From Eledone cirrhosa (taxonomy: Eukaryota), in assembly GCA_964016885.1 (NCBI GenBank), contig OZ024740.1:94426001-94490000 (forward strand): a stretch of DNA of 64,000 nucleotides, in the 5' to 3' direction. The notes below the pieces were generated by a model. The model saw nothing but the letters and a program-made list of their open reading frames with translations, searched no databases and was not told the origin of the DNA. The position numbers and the translations under genes are program-made. Positions 1 through 16,072 of the stretch are shown in pieces; position 1 is the stretch's first letter, and the number at the start of each line of letters is the position of its first letter.

Positions 1-214
1 ATTGTGGCTTTTTACTGGGCTTTCTCCACAAATGTCCCTCCGAAGTCTCCCCCCTATTGGGGAATTTTTCATTGTTATTTTTTGTTACATCCTCTGTTTT
101 TGTTTTTTGTTACATCCTCTGTTTTTGTTTTTTACACGCAGAAATGCCCATTTGTATTGTCCTGCACTGTCCTTAATGTCTACTTTATGTAAACCCTTGT
201 GGTTAATAAAGAAA

Positions 215-280
<66 letters not shown>
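1..280 (+). mobile_element. 3' end of a LINE (possibly Tx1/L1-like) with polyA signal and (ATT)n tail
   Basis: T-rich 3'UTR-like sequence, AATAAA at 205-210, then (ATT)n 217-280. Family assignment is from memory only. Confidence 0.5.
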
Positions 281-281
<1 letters not shown>

Positions 282-338
282 GTTGGCTTGGTAATTTTTT
301 GTTGGCAGACACTGATCTTGTGCTGATATAATCAGTCC

Positions 339-340
<2 letters not shown>
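281..340 (-). mobile_element. 60-bp internal fragment of a second R4/Dong family, between two TAA tracts
   Basis: Minus strand reads GLIISAQDQCLPTKNYQAN, homologous to GMLMAAQEQALKTKWLKHH of the neighbouring Dong ORF but clearly diverged. Confidence 0.65.
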
Positions 341-373
<33 letters not shown>

Positions 374-459
374 GTTATTGTTATTCCTTGAATCTCAGTC
401 ATTGATGTTGGTCAACTGGAAAGTCCGTTGGATTGAATATCAAGCCACTACCTGCAGCC

Positions 460-3400
460 TCAGATATTCAGGACGTATCGGAGGGTTCTTGCCGTTCCAA
501 GCAAGCATGCCTTTTGAAGCGTTCCAAAAAGCGTGAAGGGGCCGATTTTCTTTAACCATCCCTGGAAACCTTTGGAGATAGTCCCCAGTGCGCCTATGAC
601 AATCGGGATCACTTTGACTTCATGGCAGTTCCAAATCCTTTTCACCTCCCACTTTAGGTCCTGGTATCGGTTAATTTTCTCCCTCTCCTTCTCTTGCACT
701 CTCGTGTCGAACGGGCAGGCCACATCCACAATCAGGCACGATCTTTTTTCTTTGTCCACAACCACCAGGTCAGGTCTATTGTGTTCCAGTTTTTTGTCCG
801 TCTGTATCCTAAAATCCCACAGCACCTTCACCTGACTGTTCTCCATCACCGCCTCTGGCCTATGCTCATACCATTTCTCAGAATGTGGTAGATTGTTTAC
901 TTTGCACAGGTGCCAGTGGATCACCCTGCCCATCACATCGTGTCTCCAGCCCTTATAGTGGGTCTGGGCTAGGTGTTTACACTCGGACACAATGTGAGCC
1001 ACAGTCTCCTCTCTCTCTCCACAGATCCTGCACAGTGGGCTAGCCTCCTCCTTGTAGATATGGTGCTTCAACCACTTCGTTTTGAGGGCCTGCTCCTGCG
1101 CAGCCATTAGCATTCCTTCTGTAGCCTTTTTGAGGTCTCCTCTTCTCAACCAGTTCCATGTCTGTGGATCTCTAAATTCAGTTTTCTCAAAGAAGGTACT
1201 ATGAAGGGATTTTCCCTTAAGGCTGCTCTTCCTCCTTGATGTTATTTCCTCCTTGGGTATCCCCTGGCATACTGTCCCCTCCTTCAGTACAGCTCTGAGC
1301 ATTGGCTCCTTACTATAGGTCACGTATTTGTATAGGTTGTTTTTCTCTATCTGAACACAGTCCTCTATGCTGATAAGACCTCTTCCACCCTCAGATCTCC
1401 TTAGGTAGAGTCTATCGACATCACTCCTCTTGTGGAACATGTTGTAGATAGTCAATAGCTTCCTAGTCTTCCTATCCATTTCTTTTTGTTCAGCAACATT
1501 CCATCTCAGAATTCCCGCACTGTACCTAATAATAGACACAGCTCGGGAATTTACTGCGCTTATGGCATTTCTGCTGTTCAGATGTGACTTCAATACGCTC
1601 CTTACTCTCCGAATGTATTCAGTTCTTAACAATTCCTTCATTTTTTTGTTCTTTATGCCATCAGCCTCCACAACGCCCAAATACTTGTATCCTTCCTCAG
1701 AGTCAATTTCCTTTATCATCTCACCTGTTGGTATCTGCATTCCGTTACTTCTGCTCAACCTACCCCTCCTCATCACAATGACTCCACATTTACCAATACC
1801 AAACTGCATACATATATCACTGCTGAAAATACGGACAGTGTCAACAAGCACATCCAACTCCTTCTCACTTTTCCCGAAGAGCTTAAGATCGTCCATGAAG
1901 AGGAGGTGATTGATGGTAAGCTCTCCCCTTCCCAACTTGTATCCTGCTCTCACTTTTCGCAGCATAATGGTCAAGGGCATCAGGGCAAGGACAAACAACA
2001 GAGGGGACAGGCTATCTCCCTGGAAGATACCTCTCTTGATCTTCACGCTTCCCAAGGATACTCCAGTTGATGTCAACTCTGTCTCCCAGAACCCCATACT
2101 CCTGCCCAGCAACTGTCTGATGTTATCTGCCACCCTGAAGATCTCCAGGCTTTTGGTGATCCAGGAATGAGGCACCATGTCAAATGCCTTTCTGTAGTCT
2201 ATCCATCCCATGGCAAGATCAGTGTGTCTCCTCCTGCAATTCCCCATTACCATCTTATCAATAAGCAACTGGTCCTTTGTACCACGTGACTTATTTCGGC
2301 ATCCTTTCTGTTCGTCCGGCAACAAGTTGTTTGTGTGGAGGTGATGGTAGATTTCCTCAGACACAATGCTCGTCAACAGTTTCCACATTACGGGCAGACA
2401 TGTGATAGGTCTATAGTTGGTAACATCATTACCCTTGATTCGGTCTTTCATTATCAGAACTGTGGTACCTTTTGTCAACCACTCTGGCACCTCACCCGAC
2501 ACCAAGCAGTCATTGAACATGGCCGTCAGCTTCGGGTGGAGGGATGTTAAATGTTTAATCCAATACCCCTGCACACCATCTGGGCCTGGTGATTTCCAGT
2601 TGGTTAGTTTTTTGGCTTGCCCCTTAAGAGTTTCAACTGTGATACTCAAATCAGTCTGTTGCTGTGCCTGCTCACCGATCTCCCTCTCTACTGTCTCAAT
2701 CCACCCTGCCTGGGCATTGTGTCTAACATCCTGCTCCCATATTCCTCTCCAGAATGTTTTAGCTTGTTCCGCCCCAGGGATCAAGTCGGTGCCTCTTTCT
2801 TTCCCCTCAAGCTGTCCAAACAGCATCTTCTGGTTGTTGTCGAACATGCGGTTCTGTTTATACTGACTGACTCTGTTCTCGTATCGCCTGATTTTGGCAT
2901 TCTTTGCTACAATGCGTTGCTTCAATTCCTCTATGATAATATTTAGCTTTTTACTCCTAGTTTTGTATTTTATTTCCAGTCTATTTTTAGTGCCTATGTT
3001 TTTTAGTGTCCCATTCATTAGTGACTCAAGCTTTCCTATGTCATTTCTCATTTCCCCGATTTGCCCACTCAGTCGCTTCTTCCACCACGGCTCTGCTCTT
3101 TCTTGTCTGTTGTTTCCTCTCGCTTTTATACCAAGTAGTTTCCTCACCGTATTTGCTGTTGCTTTGAGGATATTGTTGCACTGGTGAAGACTCCTCGCCT
3201 CAAGGTATGGGATGACTTTGTTTACCTTAGCTGTTGTTTCTTTTAACTTTTTCCTGTCTACAAATCTTAGGTTCATAGGTCTCCCACTATCATTGTTCAA
3301 CTCATCTACCACTAAATTTAGGATGTCAACCGAATCTTGTCCTAGCCCGTCAGCATTCATCTCCTCAGTGGCCGTATCTCTGTTCCAGGTATTATTTATC

Positions 3401-3852
3401 TCAGTATTCAGATCATTGTCTGCTTCGGGTGGTTCCTCCGCTCTCAGGACCTCCTCACCTTCATTTCCCGCCGGCTCGCTTGTCTGGCATACTACACCCG
3501 CCATCTCCAAGCCATTCTCTCTGCTCAGTTCCTCCAGTTCCAGCTCGCTTATCCACCCATTAGTTCTTATTACCCGAGCCTGCCCGGCCAATTTTTGTTC
3601 ATCTAATTTAAATAAACCAATCTCGTTCCAGATGTTATGCATCCGTCTCCTGTAGCCCCTCTCCTTGGGGTTACTTTTCAGGTAGCATTGCATAACAGTT
3701 CTATTCAATTCTTTCGTCCAGTTGGTTCTGGCCCCTTTCCTTCTTCTTCTTCCTCCAACATCAGCAGTATTTCGTTGACAGTCAGGTTCCTGCTGCTGAG
3801 CCAGGGGGCACCTGTTGGGTGAGAGTCTGTCACATGACGTTCTAGTCTCCAT
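460..3852 (-). CDS. R4/Dong polyprotein, 1130 aa: Myb-like N-terminus, reverse transcriptase, CCHC knuckle, restriction-like (PD-D/ExK) endonuclease
   Basis: WTKELN..GYRRRM..W N-terminus; KSPGPDG, YRPITCL, GIFQGDSLSP, HLLFMDD, YKYLG (RT); CRICGEREETVAHIVSEC (CCHC); RHD, RPDLVVVD, IVDVACP, EKINRY (RLE). No stops or frameshifts. Confidence 0.95.
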   Translation of the reverse strand: METRTSCDRLSPNRCPLAQQQEPDCQRNTADVGGRRRRKGARTNWTKELNRTVMQCYLKSNPKERGYRRRMHNIWNEIGLFKLDEQKLAGQARVIRTNGWISELELEELSRENGLEMAGVVCQTSEPAGNEGEEVLRAEEPPEADNDLNTEINNTWNRDTATEEMNADGLGQDSVDILNLVVDELNNDSGRPMNLRFVDRKKLKETTAKVNKVIPYLEARSLHQCNNILKATANTVRKLLGIKARGNNRQERAEPWWKKRLSGQIGEMRNDIGKLESLMNGTLKNIGTKNRLEIKYKTRSKKLNIIIEELKQRIVAKNAKIRRYENRVSQYKQNRMFDNNQKMLFGQLEGKERGTDLIPGAEQAKTFWRGIWEQDVRHNAQAGWIETVEREIGEQAQQQTDLSITVETLKGQAKKLTNWKSPGPDGVQGYWIKHLTSLHPKLTAMFNDCLVSGEVPEWLTKGTTVLIMKDRIKGNDVTNYRPITCLPVMWKLLTSIVSEEIYHHLHTNNLLPDEQKGCRNKSRGTKDQLLIDKMVMGNCRRRHTDLAMGWIDYRKAFDMVPHSWITKSLEIFRVADNIRQLLGRSMGFWETELTSTGVSLGSVKIKRGIFQGDSLSPLLFVLALMPLTIMLRKVRAGYKLGRGELTINHLLFMDDLKLFGKSEKELDVLVDTVRIFSSDICMQFGIGKCGVIVMRRGRLSRSNGMQIPTGEMIKEIDSEEGYKYLGVVEADGIKNKKMKELLRTEYIRRVRSVLKSHLNSRNAISAVNSRAVSIIRYSAGILRWNVAEQKEMDRKTRKLLTIYNMFHKRSDVDRLYLRRSEGGRGLISIEDCVQIEKNNLYKYVTYSKEPMLRAVLKEGTVCQGIPKEEITSRRKSSLKGKSLHSTFFEKTEFRDPQTWNWLRRGDLKKATEGMLMAAQEQALKTKWLKHHIYKEEASPLCRICGEREETVAHIVSECKHLAQTHYKGWRHDVMGRVIHWHLCKVNNLPHSEKWYEHRPEAVMENSQVKVLWDFRIQTDKKLEHNRPDLVVVDKEKRSCLIVDVACPFDTRVQEKEREKINRYQDLKWEVKRIWNCHEVKVIPIVIGALGTISKGFQGWLKKIGPFTLFGTLQKACLLGTARTLRYVLNI

Positions 3853-4420
3853 TTCACCGTTATTCGAACTGTTTATGTTCGATATTTAAACACTCTTATC
3901 GAGGATTGGCGAATGTATGTTTACATAGCCATCTGTGGATCCGCCATCCCACTTGGCCCTTGTGTGGCATTATCACCACGCTGTATACGGACACACATAA
4001 ACAAACAAACACACGGGCAGAAAGGGCCCCAAAAATGAATAAGCATAAGTTTCATTGTAATGTAGTATTCGAATGTCTGACTTAGTTTTTGTTTTTTAAG
4101 TTTTACTTTTTCCCCCCTCTTCTCTGTCCGTCCGCCTGCTTCTCTCTTCATTCTTATTTTCTTTACGTTTTTGGGGTTTCTTTTTTTGTTTTTGTTTTTC
4201 TCTGTTTTTCTCGTTTTTACTGTTGTTGCTGTGCTGCTTTTGTTGTTTGTTTTTTCTTTTTTCTTTTGAGTCTATCTATATATTTTGATGCCTTCCTCTT
4301 TGTTAGTAGTAGGAATTCTATACTGTGGAAGTGGTAGCCAGCAGAGACTAGCGGCGTTGGCGATACTGAGACAGTGGTGGCGGTGATGTCGATACCGAGG
4401 CAGTGGTGGCGGTGATGCGA

Positions 4421-5049
4421 CCGTATTACTGTAGTGATGGTGCTGTAGCGGTGGCAGCAGCAGTGAAGGAGTCAGGGGGTGGTGGCGGCGGTGATGGGAT
4501 AGTGGTGGTAATGATGGCCGTAGTGAGCGGTGGCGGTGAAGGTGAAAATGCTGTTGTGTTTAGTGTACACAGATGATGGGGTGGGTGGTGTATCTAGTTT
4601 CTGGTGTTGGTGAGTTTCGCTGTCCTATATAGTGTAGCCAGAGGAGAGGAGGGGGGGGGGGGTTCTTCTTCTTCCATTTATAGCCATTTTATTTTTTTTT
4701 TTCGGATATACAGTGTACAATACAAAGTTGAATATTTGAATATTTGAGCCGTATTACTGTAGTGATGGTGCTGTAGCGGTGGCAGCAGCAGTGAAGGAGT
4801 CAAGGGGTGGTGGCGGCGGTGATGGGATAGTGGTGGTAATGATGGCCGTAGTGAGCGGTGGCGGTGAAGGTGAAAATGCTGTTGTGTTTAGTGTACACAG
4901 ATGATGGGGTGGGCGGTGTATCTAGTTTCTGGTGTTGGTGAGTTTAGCTGTCCTATATAGTGTAGCCAGAGGAGAGGAGGGGGGGTTCTTCTTCTTCCAT
5001 TTATAGCCATTTTTTTTTTTTGGATATACAGTGTACAATACAAAGTTGA
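4421..5049. repeat. Tandem duplication of a ~300-bp unit (4421-4731 and 4749-5049) at the 5' end of Dong copy 1
   Basis: Two near-identical units from ccgtattact to caaagttga, separated by a 17-bp filler atatttgaatatttgag. Confidence 0.92.
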
Positions 5050-5055
5050 CTATTA

Positions 5056-5099
<44 letters not shown>

Positions 5100-5108
5100 A
5101 TTATTGTT

Positions 5109-8240
<3,132 letters not shown>

Positions 8241-9083
8241 TTGCGCGTAAAATCTGTCGAGCGATACTTTAAATTAAATATAATGTTAAATATGATCGAA
8301 AAATGAAACGATGATGAATCCATTTCGAAGAATTTACAAGTTTCATCAACTTTAAATTGATTTGCCTTTTTTATAATATCGCTTATATTTACAACATTAT
8401 TTGCAAACAAACATGCCAAGTAAACAAACCCTGCAAATAAACGTATAATTAATATAAATATACACCCATATTGATTTAGAATAATATTCTTCAGGTTTGG
8501 AATAATATAGTAGATTAGTTAGAGCTATCGTTCAAATCTACTTAAATATTGCCAATCCAATTATTGCGTTGGCTATAACCGACTAATGAAACCAGATGCA
8601 ATACTGAACATTCTGTAAATATCCTTTAGAAAAATTAGATTTGATTGGATACTATCTTGAAACATGAAATTCAGAAATATAATTAATCGATATCTTAAAT
8701 AGTAAAACAAAAAAAAAAAAACGATATAATATATTACCTTTCACATGTAAAATTACGAGAAATACCAGGTAGATAAAGATCAAACTTTCAAATTAAAAGA
8801 TAAATGATCGTATTGAAATAAGAGTTTATTTGCAGCATTAAATATCGATTGTAAGGCGAAAACTGAGGAAAAATATCGTAGTATATAATGCAACATGACG
8901 GATTGTGGAATTAGTTTTATCAACAAGTGATGTACGTAATTTATCATGAACTGTTGCAATTAGTTTTGGTCATGGCTATTTGAGATTAATAAAAACGAGG
9001 TTATGAGCTGTTCATATCAGCCAGAGAATCATTACAGTAATAGATATTGGAACCTATCTTATACATTAAGTATTATGTAGTTT

Positions 9084-9258
<175 letters not shown>

Positions 9259-12200
9259 TGTGAGAGAGGAAAGAGTGGGAGGAAAGAGAGTTGTCTTTAT
9301 TTAGTGTTAATTCGATTGCGAACAGTGCGTATCCACGATCACTATCCCAAATGTTTTCTGTAAGCAGTATGTAGCCACGTAGATCCTAATGATCACTCTC
9401 GAAATCCCAGACTACATTTATCTACAATAGATCCACAGACTTTTCTGTTCCCTCAAAATGGTGGACGATTGTAGGTTACAAGGTCAACAGTAGTAACTGT
9501 AGTAACTGTAGTAGTTTATACATCGGAAACACTCTCTTATCTTATACGATCTCTATCAGAAGATATCCAGAGATATGTCAGGCTCGAGATATTCAGCAAA
9601 CTACATAAGCTACATAATGTAAAGCAAGTGATTTACGAATTAAAGTTCTCATTTCTCCACAGGACAGGCAGCAGTAAGCGTTCAGAGCAACCTGACGCAA
9701 ACTGATTAATACAACTGGTCTGCGCGTCTTACACTTCATCGAAATGCCAGTCTCTCACACAATACATTACTATTTTGTGAGTTCATCGCATATTCCTTAA
9801 AATGAATGATTTACCCCGAAGTAACTTTAGGATATCCATAGTGTAAATAGAGAAAACTCTGTTGTTTGATATTTTACACTCATTCATAATACAGACTATA
9901 TAAAGAATATTTGAGCTGATTTATGTAATAATATGATTTAACTAAATTTTGCTTTAATCAATGTATATATATATATATATATACATTGTGTGGGTGTGTG
10001 TGTGCATGTGTGTGAGAGAGTGTGTGTGTATGCGGGTGTGTGCGTGTGTGTGCGTGTGTGTGCGCTCCTGAGTGTGTATGCGTGTCTGCATGAGTGTGTG
10101 GATGTGGATGTACATATGCTTTTTAACATACAACTATGTAAGTTATCCAAAAATATATTATTTACATTAACTTTGTTGATATCACTTTGCATTCTAATGC
10201 TTTTGGGTGTATATTTGTTTTATTCTTGTCCTGCCATCGAAGTAACACTAAATGGTGGAGTACTATTATTTGTAATAAAGTAATACATGCCGCCATGCAT
10301 TTATCATAAATGTTCGAATCAAATTCTTCCCCTTATGAAGGAGCCATTTGAAATTGTATTAATAGGCCGATATAAGTTTCCCAGCTTTGTCTAGTTCTAC
10401 CGCATAGCGTCAAATTTCCGCAACTCAATAAACATACTACACAAAAAGCAATCATGATAAATCGGAATATTTCTTTTGAGAATATCCCAACCATAGGTAG
10501 CTGATTGGAGAACGAAATCTGCAATGAATATCATTAGCCTGTTAGATGACCTACTATATTCATCAAGTGTATGAAAATATAATATTTCGATTTCATCGGT
10601 AGCGAGAATAGTTAAGACAACAAAATATTCGTTGAGGCCACAGGCATCTGATGTAATTCAGACGTTGGTCAATATAATATGCAGTGTATCTCTGATAGAT
10701 ATATAGTTTTAAAATACAAGGCTCTTTACACACCTTGAAATAAAGTGTAGACAAAAACAGAGAATGTGTGGGTGTATAAGGGTTTGCTTTGATGAATTAA
10801 ATGTCAACTTACCTATGAGAACATACGATATATCTTTGCAGTGTTTTACAGGTATTTTCGTCCTCAAAAATGCAAACTGTGCGAAACAATCATATTACAG
10901 CGTTACCACGTTGTTTATATACATGATTCAATGCAAAGTGTCAATAATACATGCTGTGATTAAACATTTGTTACTGTATGATATTGTTGACTAGTTTGCC
11001 TAGGTATAAACAAAGCTGTTTCATTATGCGCAGTGTAACAAGGTAGGACATTCCGTATCCTAGGATTTAAGTTAGGTTTACCATATTGTGATAGACACTA
11101 CAAATTATTCACAGATAAACAAAATAAAAAAACAAAACAATTTAATACTTTCCAGATCCATATACATTGTCCAAACACAAATCTGGATTTATTAAGGCAT
11201 GGAATAAGTGGATGGTGATTTCTGTACTTATTTGCACTGAGATTATATCCCATATAATTTTCACAATTTGCCCTGAGACTTATCATATGTTCTTGATAAG
11301 ACTTTGCATAATAATTGATTATAAATGTATATAAGGCAACCTTTCTTATAAACAGGTATATTGAAGGTTTATGTCTCCATGAAGTAAGCGCTGATGCTGT
11401 ATATATATATTTCACTTAAGAATACTTTATTTATATTATATAATGTATATTTGTACTCTAGTCAAGTAAGTATCACATTTTTGGGCTATCTGACAAACGC
11501 TTGTGATGTGTAAACTTAGTGTAGGATCCACATGTATTTTTATAATATAAATCCAGAATATCTGGGTCTGAAGGTCCTTCAGAAGTACCAGATATGTTCA
11601 TAATGTTTGAATAGTCGGTTTAATAGTAAACTATTTAACAGATTTGAAAATGTATATTTCAAGAGGAAAGGAAAGTACAGAAAATTCCGACTGTATATGT
11701 ACCAGCCCGTTGCCTGATCTAATAATCTACAAGCACATGTGTAATATGTAACAGAGTTTAATTTCATTAGAGTATATGCATGCTCTATAATTAAGTAAAC
11801 CAGATATCATTGAAGGTAGTGATGCGGTTTTTTTTTATATTAAAGTATTTAACTTATTAAATATGTATTCACCCCAGTTTGTTCCAACCCCATTGATTTT
11901 GAACATCTTGACGCCTGAGTATTGAAAACGAAACTGGTCATGAGGCAAATCAAGTACCTGCTAATCTCTTTATAATGCTTTGGATGCTTGCCTACATTCT
12001 GAAGCAGAGTGGATTTATTTTTGACATATATTGGACATTCGTTTATTTAACGAGACCGCATTAACGGGAACAACAATTCTATATTACACAGAAAGTAAAC
12101 TAATGTAATTTTAAAAAGAAATGCAAGTGTTAGTTAAAAGAATGCCATAGATATGGACACTGAGGGAATCAATTGAGTTACATAAGATATCAATGCAAAC

Positions 12201-13675
12201 TCATAGTGTGCAAAACGACTGTTTGGATTAACTAAAATACGATGTGTATGGAAGAAATGATAAAACATATTAGACAAAGAGACTAAAACAATTGACAAAA
12301 GATTATGAAACAAAAGAATGCAAGTAATATTGGGTATGTTTAGAAGACGCGGCATGTAATTAAGCGATGTGATAAATAGGCTAAAGCTAAACGTATCAGA
12401 CAATGAAGGTGTGAATATGTTTATTATAAAACAACTCCTCTATAGCGGTTCCTCCATTAACTATTGGGAAAATAATTATGATTCACCATATAGGTACAAT
12501 CTCGACTAGAGTCCAACATATAAAGGTATTCTGTGAATGTAGTTAACCGTCCATTCCTTGCTTTAATTTATGAATGATGGTGTTTCCAACCACGACAATA
12601 ACTTAATAGTATATAAGAGTGTATGTATCTGAGATCAACTTTGTTAGAGTACTCTCTGTGTTAAATATGAAAAATACAAGTCATTTTCAAAATGCTGTTT
12701 CAGCTTGATCGAAATAATTAGCCTACATTTCCATTCAGTTGATGACTTCCTGTATATTAATTTGTCTAAATCATATCATTTATTGACAACCGAGATAATG
12801 ATATTATGCTTGAAATTATTGGGATTTGTTCAAGATAGGAAAACAACCGGAAAATACACAGCTGTGTTTAAAACTGATTTAAGTAAATATTTACCGAACA
12901 TGTTTCAATTAAAATGTTGTATGTATATCTATTATGCAACTTATTGTGACGTTAAACATGTAAAATAAATGAATTATAGGACTCTACCTTTGAGTCTCCA
13001 AACTAGACACGATGGAATAACCAACCTTAGCTGAATAAACAGTGATTTAAATCAACATATAAGAACGTTTGTCCGAGTATTTCTGTTTATGCTTTTCCCA
13101 CGAATAATGGCGTTACGATATAAGTTTTCCCGCGTAATTCAACTTGAGACATGTCACTAGCGAAAGTATATTTACTGGGTATGCTGATTATTTTGGGATA
13201 CTTGTATGTCTTTGTAAATATGTCAAGTCTATTAGTATGTCATATTTGTTTGACTGGATCAGAGGGACATGAAACTGAAATGTTAGAACTATATACAATC
13301 TCGTAAATGTCCAAATGAATAAAACATACACATAACATTAAAATTCCAAACACTTTAACTCTGTCTAGTGTTACATTCAATTAAAATAACAGAACATTCA
13401 CTCATTGAATTCCTTGGAACGTTGCTATTCAAATTATCATAGTGGTAAAACCATTAGAATGTTTTAATAATGGTATGTATTTAAATAAAACCTTCGCGAA
13501 GTTCAATTATGCAAACAGTTCACAGCTGCTTTTAACCTGCAATCAATGTAGGACATTAACATAATGAAACATTTATAGTCTCACCATAGAAAATAATTAT
13601 TTTAAAACAATATACAATGAACTTATTATTGAATTATTCTTTCGGTATTTAACCTACACATTTATACCGATAGAA

Positions 13676-14019
13676 CAGGGTAAAGACAGCCCTCGGTCAC
13701 AAATGACCTTGGAAATTGCTCCTAGAATGATCCTCCTCCTAGGGACAAGTCCAATCAAGGGTGTTGTGGAATATCAGCAGTTACCATGCATAGCAGCTAC
13801 TATTCTCCACGCCACAGACATTGTCCAAGTGGGGAGGCAAATGTAGATACATGTTGGCATCAGCGACGTCGCGACTCATTTTTACAGCTGAGTCAACTGG
13901 AGCAACTTGAAATAAAGTGACTTGCTAATGAACAAAATACAAAAAACGGTCCGAGAATCTAACTCGTAATCTCACTATTGTAAGCCCACCACTCTAACCC
14001 CTAATCCATGCGCCTTCAC
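13676..14019 (-). mobile_element. Diverged tRNA-derived SINE with CORE-like central domain
   Basis: Minus strand starts gtgaaggcgcatggattaggggttagag (A-box-like), gagttagattctc (B-box-like), then gcaagtcactttatttcaagttgctccagttgactcagctgtaaaaatgagt, which resembles the CORE-SINE domain. Confidence 0.7.
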
Positions 14020-15999
14020 ACGTATAGAATAAAATGAAATATTAATAGAAACCCTGTCAAATGTCATATATCATAGGTGAGAACATATTTTTATTTTTTT
14101 AGATTGAATATTGATATTTCTTTATTTAATACAAGTTTAACAAATGTATTTTACTGTATCCATATCATAAACAACATATAACCTCTGATATAATCACCGA
14201 AAGAATATCCCTATCACAATACTTTAGATGTGTTCTTTAAATTTAGTCCAACTAGGATATCAAAACATTGTCGTATATATTTACTTACCATTCGCGTATT
14301 GCAATACGTTTACCATTATTTTGATTAATGTTCGAATATATTCTTAAAATATTTCTCTGCATTCATTTGGATGATAGATATGCCGTTATAGTCTGACTAT
14401 AACAAAATATCTATTTTAAAATAATGTAATTTGTTACATGTTCTCCAGTCATGAAATATAACGACGTTATTTCTGTCATATACATAATCATCACTAAAAA
14501 CCAAATACTGCACAAAGTGTGTTACCTTTAACATTTAAATTATGGGAAGGTATTTGTATCTATCATTTTATTTTCAGTGTGTAAATAAATGTACGTTGAT
14601 ATAGCCTGGGACGTCTGAGTTGGTGATCAACATGTTCAAGATGTGAAAAACATATATAATTTGAATTACGCCTTTTAACATTTGATCTTTATTTTTTTTG
14701 ATATTTGAAGATTTAATTTGATTTAAAGTGTTATCAATTCATTCTAAAATACTTAATAACTACTGTCCGTGTGTATTTAAATGATACTAGGAAGTACCTA
14801 ATATTTACAAAGAGATTCCCACTTTCAGAATTGAATAAACCACCGTAAAGACACACATTAGGTTCGCATATATGCCGCTTCTAAATATATGCGAGAGTGA
14901 TAAATATGTTTATATATTCCTGCTATGAATTCATTAATTACTGTTAATTTTATGCAAATACCAATTGCAACAGTTTAGTACAGATTTCCGCAGTATTATC
15001 AAAATATTTTCTTTTGTTTTGTGAGTGAATTTTTCAATTTACAATAACACAGACTAATAGTAAAATAAAACGGTTGCGAATTGCTATCATAACTCTTTCT
15101 GAAAATATTTTTATTATAGCTCATAATCTGTTCTAAATCTCTAATCTTTAAATACTCTGGTAAATAACCCTTTATTTGACTCAAAATCACGTACACAGAA
15201 ACAGTATAAAATGAAAGATGTATATATTTACAGATTTAACCAACAATCGATCCTCGTCGATATTAATCATTCATATGCATATGTTGACTCAATTTAAATG
15301 CCTAAATAACAACTAATGATTAAGAATATGTATTTCTTGTTTAACATATAAGAGGAATATGCATTTATGTATATTTACAGAAATGTCAAACAAAAAGTAG
15401 AGTTGCTTTTTTGTGGTATACACAATTGCATGATTTTTTTATTTCCTATCATAATGTTTATTGGGGAAACCGTATTCGCTTTCACAATCGCCCAAGCAAT
15501 CACATGTTGGCAACTTATCTGAGGTCAATTGACAGCTTGCCAGCTTCCAAATTGATAGGATCACGATTATTTCACTCTAGAATGCACACTTATCCTGTGG
15601 CTAAATGGACTTTCAAATTATTCAACGTAGCATAAATGCCTCTATTCAAATACATCATGTATTTGACCATAATAAATGTGTTTAAAATGTCTTCCTTTCT
15701 CAAATGTTCTCAACAAATGCAGTTAAAAAGTAACTTTCAAAACAGGGAACTCAACTTTATTTACCGTATTTAATGCATGCTAAACGAATATTTATGTGGC
15801 GCAATAAAGCCCAAATCGAAGAATGCGAATAATAAAACCATATCTACTAATCGAAACATATACAATACAAATACACACATAAATCTCGTGGCCAAAGTTG
15901 ATATTAGAATATGTAAAAGTTCAAAATATATTTGTTATTGAAAAAATAATAAGTGAAATATGGAAATAATCCTCCTCCGTTACGCAAGTAAATAAATAA

Positions 16000-16072
<73 letters not shown>

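Larger units (their letters stand above)
386..5049 (-). mobile_element. Apparently full-length R4/Dong-clade non-LTR retrotransposon (copy 1) inserted in (TAA)n
   Basis: Single intact ORF 460-3852; short 3'UTR followed by (TAA)n at 341-385; 5' side abuts (TAA)n at 5051-5105. Dong elements are known to target TAA microsatellites. The 5' boundary is inferred. Confidence 0.88.

Noticed and set aside
3880-3985. Conserved upstream peptide GYV..HSPILD..V* before the Dong ORF
   Set aside because: Only copy 3 has an in-frame ATG for it; the similarity is explained by nucleotide homology.
3853-5049. HDV-like ribozyme in the Dong 5'UTR (known in some R2/R4 elements)
   Set aside because: I could not fold a nested double pseudoknot by eye; needs a motif search.
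11900-11948. Hammerhead-like gaaactggtc motif (similar weak cases at ~36020-36060, ~47840-47890, ~55390-55430)
   Set aside because: Core or helices too degenerate to support.
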